Shown in pieces: positions 8,526-18,339 of a DNA stretch of 42,844 nt. Below the pieces are notes generated by a model. That model was given only the letters and a program-made list of their open reading frames with translations, had not been told where the DNA came from and ran no database searches. Origin of the DNA: Bacteroidales bacterium (GTDB lineage: Bacteria > Bacteroidota > Bacteroidia > Bacteroidales > UBA1556); the NCBI GenBank assembly GCA_029939445.1, contig JAOZSY010000001.1:19214-62057 (forward strand), in the 5' to 3' direction. Numbering within the stretch: the stretch's first letter is position 1; every line of letters begins with the position of its first letter. A program made the position numbers and the translations under genes.

Positions 8526-11066
8526 TTAATATCTTGCGTTTATGTCTTCCAATAATTGTTCCAATGTTTGAATGTCCGAAATAAGAACATCGCGAGCTTT
8601 GCTGCCTTTGCTTTCTCCAACAATTCCTACAGCTTCTAATTGATCAATTATTCTTCCTGCACGGTTATAGCCAAGCTTCATTTTTCGTTGAATAAGTGAT
8701 GTGCTTCCTTGTTGATTGTTTACAATCATGCGTGCAGCATCTTCAAATAGCTCATCTCTATCGTCCATATCGATATCAGATTTTCCGCTGTCCTCATCAC
8801 CAATAAATTCAGGTAAATTAAAAGCGCTTGCATAACCTTTTTGGTCACTAATAAAGTCTACAATTTTTTCTACCTCTGGAGTATCAACAAATGCACATTG
8901 TAAGCGAATAATGCCATCTCCTTTGGAGAAAAGCATATCACCTCTACCAATTAACTGATCGGCACCACCTGCATCAAGTATTGTTCTTGAATCTATTTTA
9001 GAAGTTACTCTAAATGCAATTCTAGCAGGAAAGTTTGCTTTAATCATCCCCGTAATTACATTCACACTAGGTCTTTGAGTTGCTATAATTAAGTGTATAC
9101 CAATGGCCCGGGCAAGTTGTGCTAATCGAGCAATAGGTCCTTCTATTTCTTTACCAGCAGTCATTATTAAATCTGCAAATTCATCAATTACTAGTACAAT
9201 ATATGGTAAATATCGGTGCCCATTCTCAGGGTTTAATTTGCGAGCAACAAATTTGACATTATATTCCTTAAGGTTTTTAGTGCCAGCTATTTTTAGTAAG
9301 TCATATCGCTCGTCCATTTCAATACATAACGAGTTTAAGGTAGTTACCACATCTTTATTATCAGTAATAATAGCATCAGTTTTATCAGGAAGTTTTGCTA
9401 AATAATGCTTCTCTATTTTTGAGAATAAAGAAAATTCAACTTTTTTAGGATCCACCATCACAAACTTAAGCTGTGCTGGGTGTTTCTTGTATAAGAGAGA
9501 TGTTATAATTGCATTTAGACCTACAGATTTTCCCTGGCCAGTAGCACCTGCAACAAGTAAGTGAGGCATCTTAGCTAAGTCGAAAACAAAAGTTTCGTTA
9601 CTAATAGTTTTCCCTATAGCTACTGGTAGATCAAATTTTGCATTCTGAAATTTCTCACTAGCAATAATTGTTTTCATAGAAACAATTTCAGGATTAGAAT
9701 TAGGAACCTCAATACCTATAGTTCCTCTCCCTGGAATAGGAGCAATAATACGTATGCCAAGAGCTGCTAAGCTCATAGCTATATCATCTTCTAGGTTTTT
9801 TATTTTTGAAATACGAACTCCTGGAGCAGGTATTATTTCATATAGAGTGATAGTAGGCCCAATTGTAGCCTTTATTTTATCAATCTTTATTTTATAATTT
9901 GACAGTGTTTCTACAATTCTGTTTTTATTGCTTTCTAATTCCTCTCTATTTATAGTTATATTGTTGGATGAACTATGCTCTGCCAATAAATCTAATGGTG
10001 GATTCTTGAAATTAGCTAAGTCTTCTTTTGGGTCATATGGAGTATCTATACCGTGAGTATTTAGTTTGTTTTCATTAACTAAAGCTTCTTCATCTGAACT
10101 TTCAATCGTTAAGTTAATATCTTCCTCACTAACTTCATCAACAATTATTTCTTCATTGTTTTGTGTAAGCTCAATTTCAAAATCATTAGTCTCGTCAGTA
10201 GAAGTTTCTTTAGTAGTTGTGTCATTTGTAATTACCTCAAACTCTTCGCTCGCTACTTTATTATCACTATTGTCAGTTATACTGCTGTCACTTTCTTGGT
10301 CAAAGGTTATTTCAGTATTTTTTTCTTCGTGGAGAGCTGCAAGATCATTAATGCTTAATCCATCAACTTCATAATTATCAAGATTCTGTTTTTCTTCAGT
10401 GGCTTTTGTTTTTATAAAACCTTGAATATAGTTTATTAGGTCAAAAGCAAAAACTAGAAATATAATTAATGAAAATATAATTATGATTATTAATCCAGGG
10501 CTTCCAAGCAATCCATTAAGATAACGGCTTACTTGTTGGCCAAAAATACCACCAAATATTGACGCTTTAGCGCCATTACTGAATATTAGACCTGCCGTAA
10601 TAGAAACCCAAACTAAGGCAAATACGCTATGACGAATAGCTCTTTTTATTGATAAAATTCTTAAACCACTAAGTAACCTTAAACTAATTAAACCTGTAAT
10701 ATATAGAATAAAAAATGCTGAAATACCAAACCACTCTTTTATTAATGATTGAGAAAAAGCAGCTCCTAATCTTCCAGTAATATTATTAACATAAATATCT
10801 TGGTCTAAGAAAACTCTTCCTAAACCTATGTTAGAGAATATGTCGTCGTTATTTAAACTAAACCAACTTATAAAAAATGAAATAAAAGCAATGAATAAAT
10901 ATATTGTGAAAAAGAAAAGAAATAGGCCAAAAGACTTAACAAAACGTTCGTCTTTTAGAAAAGAAAAAATACTTGGCATCTTAAAAGATTTGCCTCCCTT
11001 TTTCTTAGTTTTTTTTGACGATTGTTTTTTGTCCTTTTTATTACCTTTACCAATGGCGTTCTTCAC
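8526..11066 (-). CDS. ftsK: DNA translocase FtsK
   Basis: N-terminal TM helices and an acidic low-complexity linker. Walker A is GATGQGKS and Walker B is LVIDEFADL. The C-terminal gamma winged-helix reads STSLIQRKMKLGYNRAGRIIDQLE. Confidence 0.95.
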   Translation of the reverse strand: MKNAIGKGNKKDKKQSSKKTKKKGGKSFKMPSIFSFLKDERFVKSFGLFLFFFTIYLFIAFISFFISWFSLNNDDIFSNIGLGRVFLDQDIYVNNITGRLGAAFSQSLIKEWFGISAFFILYITGLISLRLLSGLRILSIKRAIRHSVFALVWVSITAGLIFSNGAKASIFGGIFGQQVSRYLNGLLGSPGLIIIIIFSLIIFLVFAFDLINYIQGFIKTKATEEKQNLDNYEVDGLSINDLAALHEEKNTEITFDQESDSSITDNSDNKVASEEFEVITNDTTTKETSTDETNDFEIELTQNNEEIIVDEVSEEDINLTIESSDEEALVNENKLNTHGIDTPYDPKEDLANFKNPPLDLLAEHSSSNNITINREELESNKNRIVETLSNYKIKIDKIKATIGPTITLYEIIPAPGVRISKIKNLEDDIAMSLAALGIRIIAPIPGRGTIGIEVPNSNPEIVSMKTIIASEKFQNAKFDLPVAIGKTISNETFVFDLAKMPHLLVAGATGQGKSVGLNAIITSLLYKKHPAQLKFVMVDPKKVEFSLFSKIEKHYLAKLPDKTDAIITDNKDVVTTLNSLCIEMDERYDLLKIAGTKNLKEYNVKFVARKLNPENGHRYLPYIVLVIDEFADLIMTAGKEIEGPIARLAQLARAIGIHLIIATQRPSVNVITGMIKANFPARIAFRVTSKIDSRTILDAGGADQLIGRGDMLFSKGDGIIRLQCAFVDTPEVEKIVDFISDQKGYASAFNLPEFIGDEDSGKSDIDMDDRDELFEDAARMIVNNQQGSTSLIQRKMKLGYNRAGRIIDQLEAVGIVGESKGSKARDVLISDIQTLEQLLEDINARY

Positions 11067-11099
11067 TGCTTATATTTTTTATTAATTTGTAAAAATATC

Positions 11100-11807
11100 T
11101 TATTTGCCCTGTAAATAATCCATCAATTCTTTCTCTTGGTCAGGAGTAAACTCTTTAAAGTCCGATGGTAAGAAGAAATCTAAATCGCTAACTTTACCTT
11201 TCTTGACATTTGTAGCTACCATTTTTGTAATTATCTGTGAGCTTACGTTATAATACTCAAGTAATTCGCCATTGATACCTTCGTATGGTCCACCTTCGTT
11301 AGATTTTAAGTTCCCAAGTTTTGGGCAGTAATATACGCTAAACATGCGCTCTACAGTGATAATTCCTGGCTTTGGAGTGAAAGTGACAATTGCCTTATTA
11401 CAAATATAACCTGCAATTTCTTTTTTGTCTTCCGATAAGTCTATCTGTGTAGTGTATTCGCGTGAAGAATCTTGCTTTGCCTCAATTTCGCTTAACTTAG
11501 TAATAATTGCAGCTTTGCGTAGGCCAGACTCAATTAATACCATAAACTGGTCAGTTTCTGGGTTTGAGATATAGGTTAATCCTCCACCAGGTTTTTCTAT
11601 GTCAAATTTTGACATTCCATCATACATCATTACGGTTTGCGATTTAGGAAATTTTCCCATCTCAATGCTGGTAAGTTCATCGCTCTCGTAACTTAGGTCG
11701 TAAGTAATAGTCCCTCTAAATTGTTTGTTCTTCTTTTTTGATGTAACCGATGTAAGTATTACTGTAGATATAACAGCAATAATAACAATGAATGTGATTC
11801 GTTTCAT
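11100..11807 (-). CDS. Hypothetical exported protein (possibly DUF4412-like)
   Basis: 235-aa ORF with an N-terminal hydrophobic anchor or signal (MKRITFIVIIAVISTVILTS). It lies 33 nt upstream of ftsK on the same strand. The family assignment is only a guess. Confidence 0.7.
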   Translation of the reverse strand: MKRITFIVIIAVISTVILTSVTSKKKNKQFRGTITYDLSYESDELTSIEMGKFPKSQTVMMYDGMSKFDIEKPGGGLTYISNPETDQFMVLIESGLRKAAIITKLSEIEAKQDSSREYTTQIDLSEDKKEIAGYICNKAIVTFTPKPGIITVERMFSVYYCPKLGNLKSNEGGPYEGINGELLEYYNVSSQIITKMVATNVKKGKVSDLDFFLPSDFKEFTPDQEKELMDYLQGK

Positions 11808-12001
11808 ATTAAATGTTATTTGTTAAAAGTTGTATTAAGTTGAAATACAGTACTGTATCTATATATAGATTGGTTCCAGTATTATTTACAATTATACAAT
11901 AAAAGTAGTGATACATTAGGAAATTATTATAATTGTATTTAAAGACTTATTAAAGGTATAATGTGGATAAAGTTGCCTATAGTTATGATGGCTTTTTACT
12001 G

Positions 12002-12009
12002 TATATTTG
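12002..12009 (+). promoter_or_regulatory. Candidate -7 promoter box (TATATTTG) for the glycosyltransferase gene
   Basis: TATATTTG lies 26 nt upstream of the TTG start at 12035. Confidence 0.45.
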
Positions 12010-12034
12010 CCAATGCATTATCTAAAATAGTAAT

Positions 12035-13201
12035 TTGAAATTATTAGTAATTACTTCTCGAGTACCTTGGCCCCTTGATAAAGGTGATAAACTTCGTATT
12101 TATCATCAGATTAGGTATTTATCAAAAACTTATGAGATTGAACTAATTGCATTAAGCTCAAAAAGTAATAATGAGATAGCTGCTGCTAAATTAAGTAAGT
12201 ATTGTAATAAGATACATTTTTTACATATTAATAGATTAGCAAATATTTTAGGTGTTGTTGGTGCTTTTCTTGGTAATAAACCACTACAAATTGGTTACTT
12301 CTATAATAGAAATACTAATAATAAAATCCAAAGAATAATATCAGAGAGTAAAGCTGATTTTGTTTATGGACAGTTAATAAGAGTTGCTGAGTATATTCGT
12401 TATACTAAAATCCCTAAAGTTTTAGACATACAAGATGCTTTCTCAAAAGGTCTTGAACGTAGAGCGGCAAAGGCTAAAGGATTTACAAAGTATGTTCTTA
12501 ATATAGAGTATAAGAGGATGCTTGCTTATGAGAAAAATGAATTGGATGATTTTGAAGGACTTTCTATCATTACGCAAGCTGATAAGAGTCTATTGCCATC
12601 TCGAATTCAAGAAAGAACTTCAATAGTACCAAATGGAGTGGATTTTGACTTCTTTAAAAAGCAAAATTCTCAAAAGAAATATGATATTGTTTTCACAGGA
12701 AATATGAATTATGCGCCAAATATTATGGCGGCTATTTTCTTAGTAAAAGATATAATGCCTTTAGTTTGGAAAAAGTATGAAAAAGTAAGGGTGCTACTTG
12801 CAGGCGCCTCACCTCATACATCTGTTAAAGCTTTAAGAGGTGATAGGGTAGTGGTTAGTGGCTGGATTGATGATATAAGAGATGCTTATTCTGAATCAGA
12901 TATTTTTGTTGCTCCTATGCAAATTGGAATTGGTCTTCAGAATAAATTATTGGAAGCAATGGCTATGGAAATGCCTTGCGTAACTTCCGAATTGGCAAAT
13001 CAAGCACTTAAAGCTATCGATGGAAAACAAGTTCTTATAAGTGAGAATAATGACGCTGGATTATTTGCTGAGCAAATAATAAAATTAATTACTGACAAGA
13101 ATTTAGCCGAAAAAATAGCTAAAGAAGGTCATTCTTTTGTGAAAGATAATTATGATTGGGAAAGCGCTGTTGATCAGCTAGGAACTCTTTTTGTAAAATA
13201 A
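12035..13201 (+). CDS. Glycosyltransferase family 4 (GT-B fold)
   Basis: TTG start. The N-terminus KLLVITSRVPWPLDKGDKLRIYH is typical of a GT4 subgroup. The C-terminal region has a sugar-nucleotide-binding pattern (GIGLQNKLLEAMAMEMPCVTS). Confidence 0.85.
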   Translation: MKLLVITSRVPWPLDKGDKLRIYHQIRYLSKTYEIELIALSSKSNNEIAAAKLSKYCNKIHFLHINRLANILGVVGAFLGNKPLQIGYFYNRNTNNKIQRIISESKADFVYGQLIRVAEYIRYTKIPKVLDIQDAFSKGLERRAAKAKGFTKYVLNIEYKRMLAYEKNELDDFEGLSIITQADKSLLPSRIQERTSIVPNGVDFDFFKKQNSQKKYDIVFTGNMNYAPNIMAAIFLVKDIMPLVWKKYEKVRVLLAGASPHTSVKALRGDRVVVSGWIDDIRDAYSESDIFVAPMQIGIGLQNKLLEAMAMEMPCVTSELANQALKAIDGKQVLISENNDAGLFAEQIIKLITDKNLAEKIAKEGHSFVKDNYDWESAVDQLGTLFVK

Positions 13202-13206
13202 ATCAA

Positions 13207-16026
13207 TTACCTAAGTAAAGTAACAGTTCCTGTAATTTCATATGATTCAATACTATCTTCTTTCACCTGAATAATCCACGCATATACGCCATCAGGAGCA
13301 GGTTCTCCTTTAAATAACCCATCCCAACTCTCATTCATATCATTAGTTTCATAAATCTTCTGACCATAACGATTGAAAATTATCATTGTGAATTTAGCTG
13401 TATTTGAAATAATTCCTTTAGCACTAAAATAATCGTTTAACCCATCTCCATTTGGAGTAAAAGCTGTAGGTACATATACTGCACAATTCTCTACAACCAA
13501 ATATATAGATGCTGTATCGTAGCAATTAGTTAGTTGCTGAGTATTTATTGCCAATAATGAGAATCGTTTCGAAGTATTTGCAATTTCTTTTATTATATGC
13601 GAAGTAGATCCATTATCCCATTTATACGACATTCCTCCATTTGCTGTTAGAGTGACCTCTCCAGCACGACATATAGTATCGTAATTTGAGTAAATATAAG
13701 CTACTGGATTGTCAAGTATTTCAACTAAAACTTTAGCACTGTCTTCACATGTATTTATATCTTTTACAGTAACATAGTACGAGGTGCTATTAATAGGAGA
13801 GACTGTTTGATTAGAAGTATTTATTCCATTATTCCACTCATAGGAGATGCCCCCCGTTGCTTTCAAATTAGCATTAGTTCCTTCGCAGATTACAGTGTCG
13901 TTACTTATGGTTATATTTGGTAAATCTGCTACTGTTACCGTAGTAAAAGTATCTGCAACGCATGCATTATTATCAGTAATTGTAACGTGATAAACCGTTG
14001 TTGTAACTGGAGTTACACTATTGGTGTCTGTATTTATACCATTATTCCAATGGTATAAAACTCCTCCACCAGCTTTTAAACTAGCATTTGTGCCAATACA
14101 GATTAATGTGTCAACAGATATTTCCATAGTTGGAAGTGGTACAAGTGCAACTTCAATGGTGTCATAACTACTGCAGCCCAGAGGCGATGTAGCTATTAAT
14201 GAATAAGATGTCGTATTTGTAGGGGTAATTGAAATAGAATTAGTATTGTCTCCATTACTCCAATTTAAAGTTGAGTTTGGAATGTCGTTATTGCTATATA
14301 TTGTAATAGAATTATTGGTGCATATATTTGTATCATTACCTAGCTCTATTTGTGGTGAAGGATTTATTGACACAAATAATGTTGTATCATACTGGCAACC
14401 TGCATTGTCAATCATGGTATAAGTAATAGGTTGTTGTCCTGCAAAATCTACCACTTGATATGTAGTATCGCCAATACCATAATTCCAATATGTAGTGTCT
14501 ATAATAGGAGTGTATCCCCATGCAACTGGTAATAACGATGGGGCAAAATCTATTCCCCAAGAAAAGATAAAACCATTATCAATTGCGAGGTTATCAGTTA
14601 CTGTAATACTCCATGTGCCGTTAAGTGGACAGCCTAATAAATTTGTAATTGGAGTTTCTGGTTTATATTGTATTATTGGAAGTGTGCCAGTTGCTGTTGA
14701 TGTAGCAGGGTAGGCTGCTGATGGTGGTAAGTAATTATGACCTACATACGATGCTCCTAGTACGTCGGTAAACGAATATTGATAAAGTGAGAATGCAGCA
14801 GCCATAGTAGTACTACCCCCAGATAACCAGTGATACATATAGCCTAAGCCAGAAACAGGAGCTGAATTATTATCGATTGGCTCACCAAGGAAATTAGAAT
14901 TTCCGCCAGGGTAGGATTTTAAAGTAACTGTTGAATTATTAGGACATTTTACTACTAAATTTAAATCGCCAATATATGAATGCTCAATTTCCATGAATAT
15001 TTTTAATAGATCATTCGCGTTTTGTAAAATCTGACCTGTGCCAAATCCATTGAAAATAAGATTTGAAGTATAAGAAACTCCAGAGCCATCAGGCAAATAT
15101 GTTGTGCCTGCAACTGATAATGATGGAGTAACAGACCATGCAGTAGGTTCTACATAACCCATTTGTAATGTAGAATCGTATTGGCAAAATTGCATAGGAG
15201 AAACTACTGTGCCTGTAAAATCAGGCGGTGTGGAAACTCTAATCCTAACTTCAGTAGACTGTGCAGCTCCACATCCAATGGTATCGGATGCTAGAATATA
15301 AGCGTTATAACCTTGTATGTTATTTATTGTTGTAGTAATATTTTGTCCAGAAACATTATTGTTGCCACCAAAATTCCATGTAAAAGCAGTTGTAGTAGTA
15401 TCTTGATGATAGTATAGATCATTAAGGTAAAAACTTGCTGAAGCTCTTAGTTGAACAGTGTCACCCGGACAAATATCTATATAATATATACCACTATCTA
15501 TAGTAAAAGGGGGTGTGGATTGGGTAATAATTGTATTATAACTTTGGCAAGGAATATTGCAACTAACAGAAGCATCCCATCCGGTACTAGAACCTACAGA
15601 TGTCCACCTAATAGTAAGTTTGCCTTGTGTTCCTAAGAAAGTGGCTCTTATTGTTTGCCCAATAGGAGAGTTTCCGCTATTAAAAATTGCAATTAAAGGA
15701 GCGTTAACATCTGCTCCATCAAAAATTTCAAGTAAATCTCCAATTTGAACATTGAAAGAATTAAAAGTGATATTTGTAAAATCAATGATTGGTGAAAATG
15801 TTACCACATAGGCTTCTCCTGAATTATAATTTCCTGTGGCTCCTCCTGAATCATAAAAAGTGCCTGCGCAAGTAGAAATAGTCTGCCCATTATAGGTGTT
15901 AATTTTATATATTTGCCCCAAAGTAATGCTCGTACTAAAAGCTATTACTACGAGTAGAAGTATTAATCTTTTCAAAACAATTATTATTAATTTAAGGCTG
16001 TAAATGTACTGAAATGGTGAATACAA
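13207..16026 (-). CDS. T9SS type-B C-terminal sorting domain protein with CUB-like and proprotein-convertase P-domain-like modules
   Basis: The C-terminus VYVPTAFTPNGDGLNDYF..WDGLFKGEPAPDGVYAW..TGTVTLLR is the hallmark of the gliding-motility/T9SS type-B CTD. A CUB-like module is present (CAGTFYDSGGATGNYNSGEAYVVTFSP..LEIFDGADVNAPLIAIF). HSYIGDLNLVVKCPNNSTVTLKS at about 14962..14982 is a P-domain signature. There are four ~70-aa repeats of the form IC.G.NA.LKA.GG..Y.WNNGINT. The true start may be TTG at 15975, giving the signal peptide MKRLILLLVVIAFSTSITLGQ. Confidence 0.9.
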   Translation of the reverse strand: MYSPFQYIYSLKLIIIVLKRLILLLVVIAFSTSITLGQIYKINTYNGQTISTCAGTFYDSGGATGNYNSGEAYVVTFSPIIDFTNITFNSFNVQIGDLLEIFDGADVNAPLIAIFNSGNSPIGQTIRATFLGTQGKLTIRWTSVGSSTGWDASVSCNIPCQSYNTIITQSTPPFTIDSGIYYIDICPGDTVQLRASASFYLNDLYYHQDTTTTAFTWNFGGNNNVSGQNITTTINNIQGYNAYILASDTIGCGAAQSTEVRIRVSTPPDFTGTVVSPMQFCQYDSTLQMGYVEPTAWSVTPSLSVAGTTYLPDGSGVSYTSNLIFNGFGTGQILQNANDLLKIFMEIEHSYIGDLNLVVKCPNNSTVTLKSYPGGNSNFLGEPIDNNSAPVSGLGYMYHWLSGGSTTMAAAFSLYQYSFTDVLGASYVGHNYLPPSAAYPATSTATGTLPIIQYKPETPITNLLGCPLNGTWSITVTDNLAIDNGFIFSWGIDFAPSLLPVAWGYTPIIDTTYWNYGIGDTTYQVVDFAGQQPITYTMIDNAGCQYDTTLFVSINPSPQIELGNDTNICTNNSITIYSNNDIPNSTLNWSNGDNTNSISITPTNTTSYSLIATSPLGCSSYDTIEVALVPLPTMEISVDTLICIGTNASLKAGGGVLYHWNNGINTDTNSVTPVTTTVYHVTITDNNACVADTFTTVTVADLPNITISNDTVICEGTNANLKATGGISYEWNNGINTSNQTVSPINSTSYYVTVKDINTCEDSAKVLVEILDNPVAYIYSNYDTICRAGEVTLTANGGMSYKWDNGSTSHIIKEIANTSKRFSLLAINTQQLTNCYDTASIYLVVENCAVYVPTAFTPNGDGLNDYFSAKGIISNTAKFTMIIFNRYGQKIYETNDMNESWDGLFKGEPAPDGVYAWIIQVKEDSIESYEITGTVTLLR

Positions 16027-16216
16027 TAGTCTATTTAAACTAAAAATATATAATTATTTAAATAATACCTAATTGTGTTATTTAAATTCACACCTAAAAC
16101 TAGCAAATAATTAACATTATTATAAATAAGTGTTGGTTTTTTCGACACTTTGCGGTATTATTAGAATATATAGTTATCATTTCTTAAAATATTATAGATT
16201 AATAGATTAATAAGTA

Positions 16217-16224
16217 TATCTTTG
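16217..16224 (+). promoter_or_regulatory. Candidate -7 promoter box (TATCTTTG) for 16307..18133
   Basis: TATCTTTG lies 83 nt upstream of ATG 16307. Confidence 0.45.
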
Positions 16225-16306
16225 CTGCAAATTGCAATAATATTCTGGTTCTTTAATGAATTATAAAATATAAGATTGCTAAGTGTAAATTAATAATTAT
16301 AAAAAT

Positions 16307-18133
16307 ATGTCAAAAACACATTCGTTTCATATACCAGTGTTGGGCATAGGATATAGTATCGATTCGCCGCTGAAGGTTTCAAAATTCGGCATAGATTCGG
16401 TGATATCCTTGGTCGATGATATACTCGTTGAACGAGTACGTAAGGTGTATAGCGAGAAGTACAAGATTTCTTACCAGGAAATTACTGATAAGATTGACGA
16501 CTTTCGCGCAAAAAGAATTACTTCTTATTTGAACTTTATTAATAAGGTGTCAGAAGAAAAGATTGCAGAGCTTCGTAGTGGTGCTCAAGACAAGATTGAA
16601 GAAATAAAAGAGTATTTTAGTTATCTTCCTGATTCGTCTGAAGTAAAAAAAGAATTTGATTATTTCATCTCTCAGAGAAAAACTGGTTTTGATGAATTCA
16701 AATCTTGGTTGTCAGCCAATATCAAAATGGGTAGTATCGATGTTAATATTATGACGAAAATCGATAAGGATAATTATAAGAATGGAGTGCAACTTCCTGT
16801 AGAATATAATGATGCTCATGCGGCATTACGTGGTTATGCAGAAAGTGATCTAAATTCTTCAATTATATTATCAGCAGGGATGAACCCTCGTTTATTTAAT
16901 TATATGGAAAATTTCCGCGATTTTTTTCCTGATTCGTACGGTCGTATCAAGAAAAAAATTGTATTAAAAGTAAGCGACTATCGTTCAGCGTTGATTCAAG
17001 GTAAATATTTAGCTAAAAAAGGTATTTGGGTTTCCGAATATAGAATAGAGTCTGGTCTGAATTGTGGAGGTCACGCCTTTGCTACTGATGGATATCTATT
17101 GGGGCCTGTGCTTAATGAGTTTAAAGAAAAACGTGATGAACTAATTGCTTCTGTAGGAAGTATATTTATGTCTTCTTTGGTTGCCAAAGGAAAAGTTATT
17201 CCTAAGCAAGTACCAAAATTAATGATTACTGCTCAGGGTGGTGTCGGAACTTCTGAAGAACATAACTTCTTAATTGATGAATACAATATTGACTCTGTAG
17301 GTTGGGGAACTCCATTTCTTTTGGTGCCTGAAGCTACAAGTATTGATGAAGAAACTATAGAAAGATTATCTGTTGCTAAAGAAAAAGACCTATATTTAAG
17401 TGATATTTCACCTTTAGGAGTTCCTTTTAATTCTTTAAGAGGTAATACTAAGGATATTGAGAAAATGGCGCGAATAGCAAAAGGTACTCCAGGTAGTCCT
17501 TGTCCAAAAAAATATGTTGCCCTTAATAGAGAGTTTACAGAAAAGTCAATCTGTACGGCTTCGCGTCGTTATCAGAAAATGGCTATAAAGAGACTTGATG
17601 ATCAAGAGCTTTCTATTGAAGAGTATCAATCTAAGTACGATAAGATAGTTGATAAATCATGCATATGTGTAGGGCTAAGTACTGCTACTCTTAAAGTTAA
17701 TAAGCTTAGTACTAAGGTAGAAGGAGATGGTATTTCAGTATGCCCTGGACCTAATATGGCATATTTCTCAAAGACTTTATCTCTTAAACAAATGATAGGG
17801 CATATATACGGTAAGGAGAATGCAATCAATGGCGTTGATAGACCAAATATGTTTATTAAAGAGTTAGATCTTTATCTTGATTATTTAAAAGATAAAATAG
17901 AGGAAGGTAAGGTTGGTCTTAATAAGCGACAAGAGAAATATCTAAATACATTTGCAAATAATTTGCAATTAGGTATAGACTATTATTCTGATCTATTTGA
18001 TAGATTAAGTGGAGAACTAGGGTCTAAACGTAAGGAAATGATAGCACAACTATCAGAGAAGAATGATCAGTTAGTTGATTTGTTTGACTCAATTTCAGAG
18101 CTTAAAATAGAACTAGTACCTGTTAAATCATAA
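16307..18133 (+). CDS. Uncharacterised protein with nitronate monooxygenase/FabK-like FMN TIM-barrel motifs plus a Cys-bearing C-terminal extension
   Basis: FHIPVLGIGYSIDSPLKVSKFGIDSVISL resembles NMO beta1/alpha1. IVLKVSDYRSALIQGKYLAKKGIWVSEYRIESGLNCGGHAF resembles the (E/A)GGH(x)G active-site strand. LMITAQGGVGTSEEHNFLIDEYNIDSVGWGTPFLLVPEA resembles the AAGGI..GAD.VQ.GT.FL..E phosphate-binding end. A ~160-aa insertion follows the first strand. A ~230-aa C-terminal extension carries SPCPKK, SICTAS, SCICVG and SVCPGP. Confidence 0.6.
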   Translation: MSKTHSFHIPVLGIGYSIDSPLKVSKFGIDSVISLVDDILVERVRKVYSEKYKISYQEITDKIDDFRAKRITSYLNFINKVSEEKIAELRSGAQDKIEEIKEYFSYLPDSSEVKKEFDYFISQRKTGFDEFKSWLSANIKMGSIDVNIMTKIDKDNYKNGVQLPVEYNDAHAALRGYAESDLNSSIILSAGMNPRLFNYMENFRDFFPDSYGRIKKKIVLKVSDYRSALIQGKYLAKKGIWVSEYRIESGLNCGGHAFATDGYLLGPVLNEFKEKRDELIASVGSIFMSSLVAKGKVIPKQVPKLMITAQGGVGTSEEHNFLIDEYNIDSVGWGTPFLLVPEATSIDEETIERLSVAKEKDLYLSDISPLGVPFNSLRGNTKDIEKMARIAKGTPGSPCPKKYVALNREFTEKSICTASRRYQKMAIKRLDDQELSIEEYQSKYDKIVDKSCICVGLSTATLKVNKLSTKVEGDGISVCPGPNMAYFSKTLSLKQMIGHIYGKENAINGVDRPNMFIKELDLYLDYLKDKIEEGKVGLNKRQEKYLNTFANNLQLGIDYYSDLFDRLSGELGSKRKEMIAQLSEKNDQLVDLFDSISELKIELVPVKS

Positions 18134-18267
18134 TTATTTAATGATTGTAAACCATATAGTAAGTCGTTTTTCAATGATCTAGATAATGCGACTTATTAAT
18201 TATTATTAAAATTAGAGTTAAGTTATATTTTTTTTATAAAAAACCTTGATACTAATGAAATTATAAT

Positions 18268-18275
18268 TATCTTTG
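18268..18275 (+). promoter_or_regulatory. Candidate -7 promoter box (TATCTTTG) for the HU / bS22-like operon
   Basis: TATCTTTG lies 65 nt upstream of ATG 18340. Confidence 0.45.
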
Positions 18276-18339
18276 CAGCCCTAAATAATATGATTATTTA
18301 TTCTTTTGATTTTTAATAACAATATAAATATAAATAAAT

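Noticed and set aside
9103-11085. Plus-strand ORFs inside ftsK (9103..9405, 10066..10374, 10161..10358, 10828..11085)
   Set aside because: They are antisense to a well-supported FtsK gene. Their Ser/Leu/Ile-rich composition is typical of antisense frames in AT-rich coding DNA.
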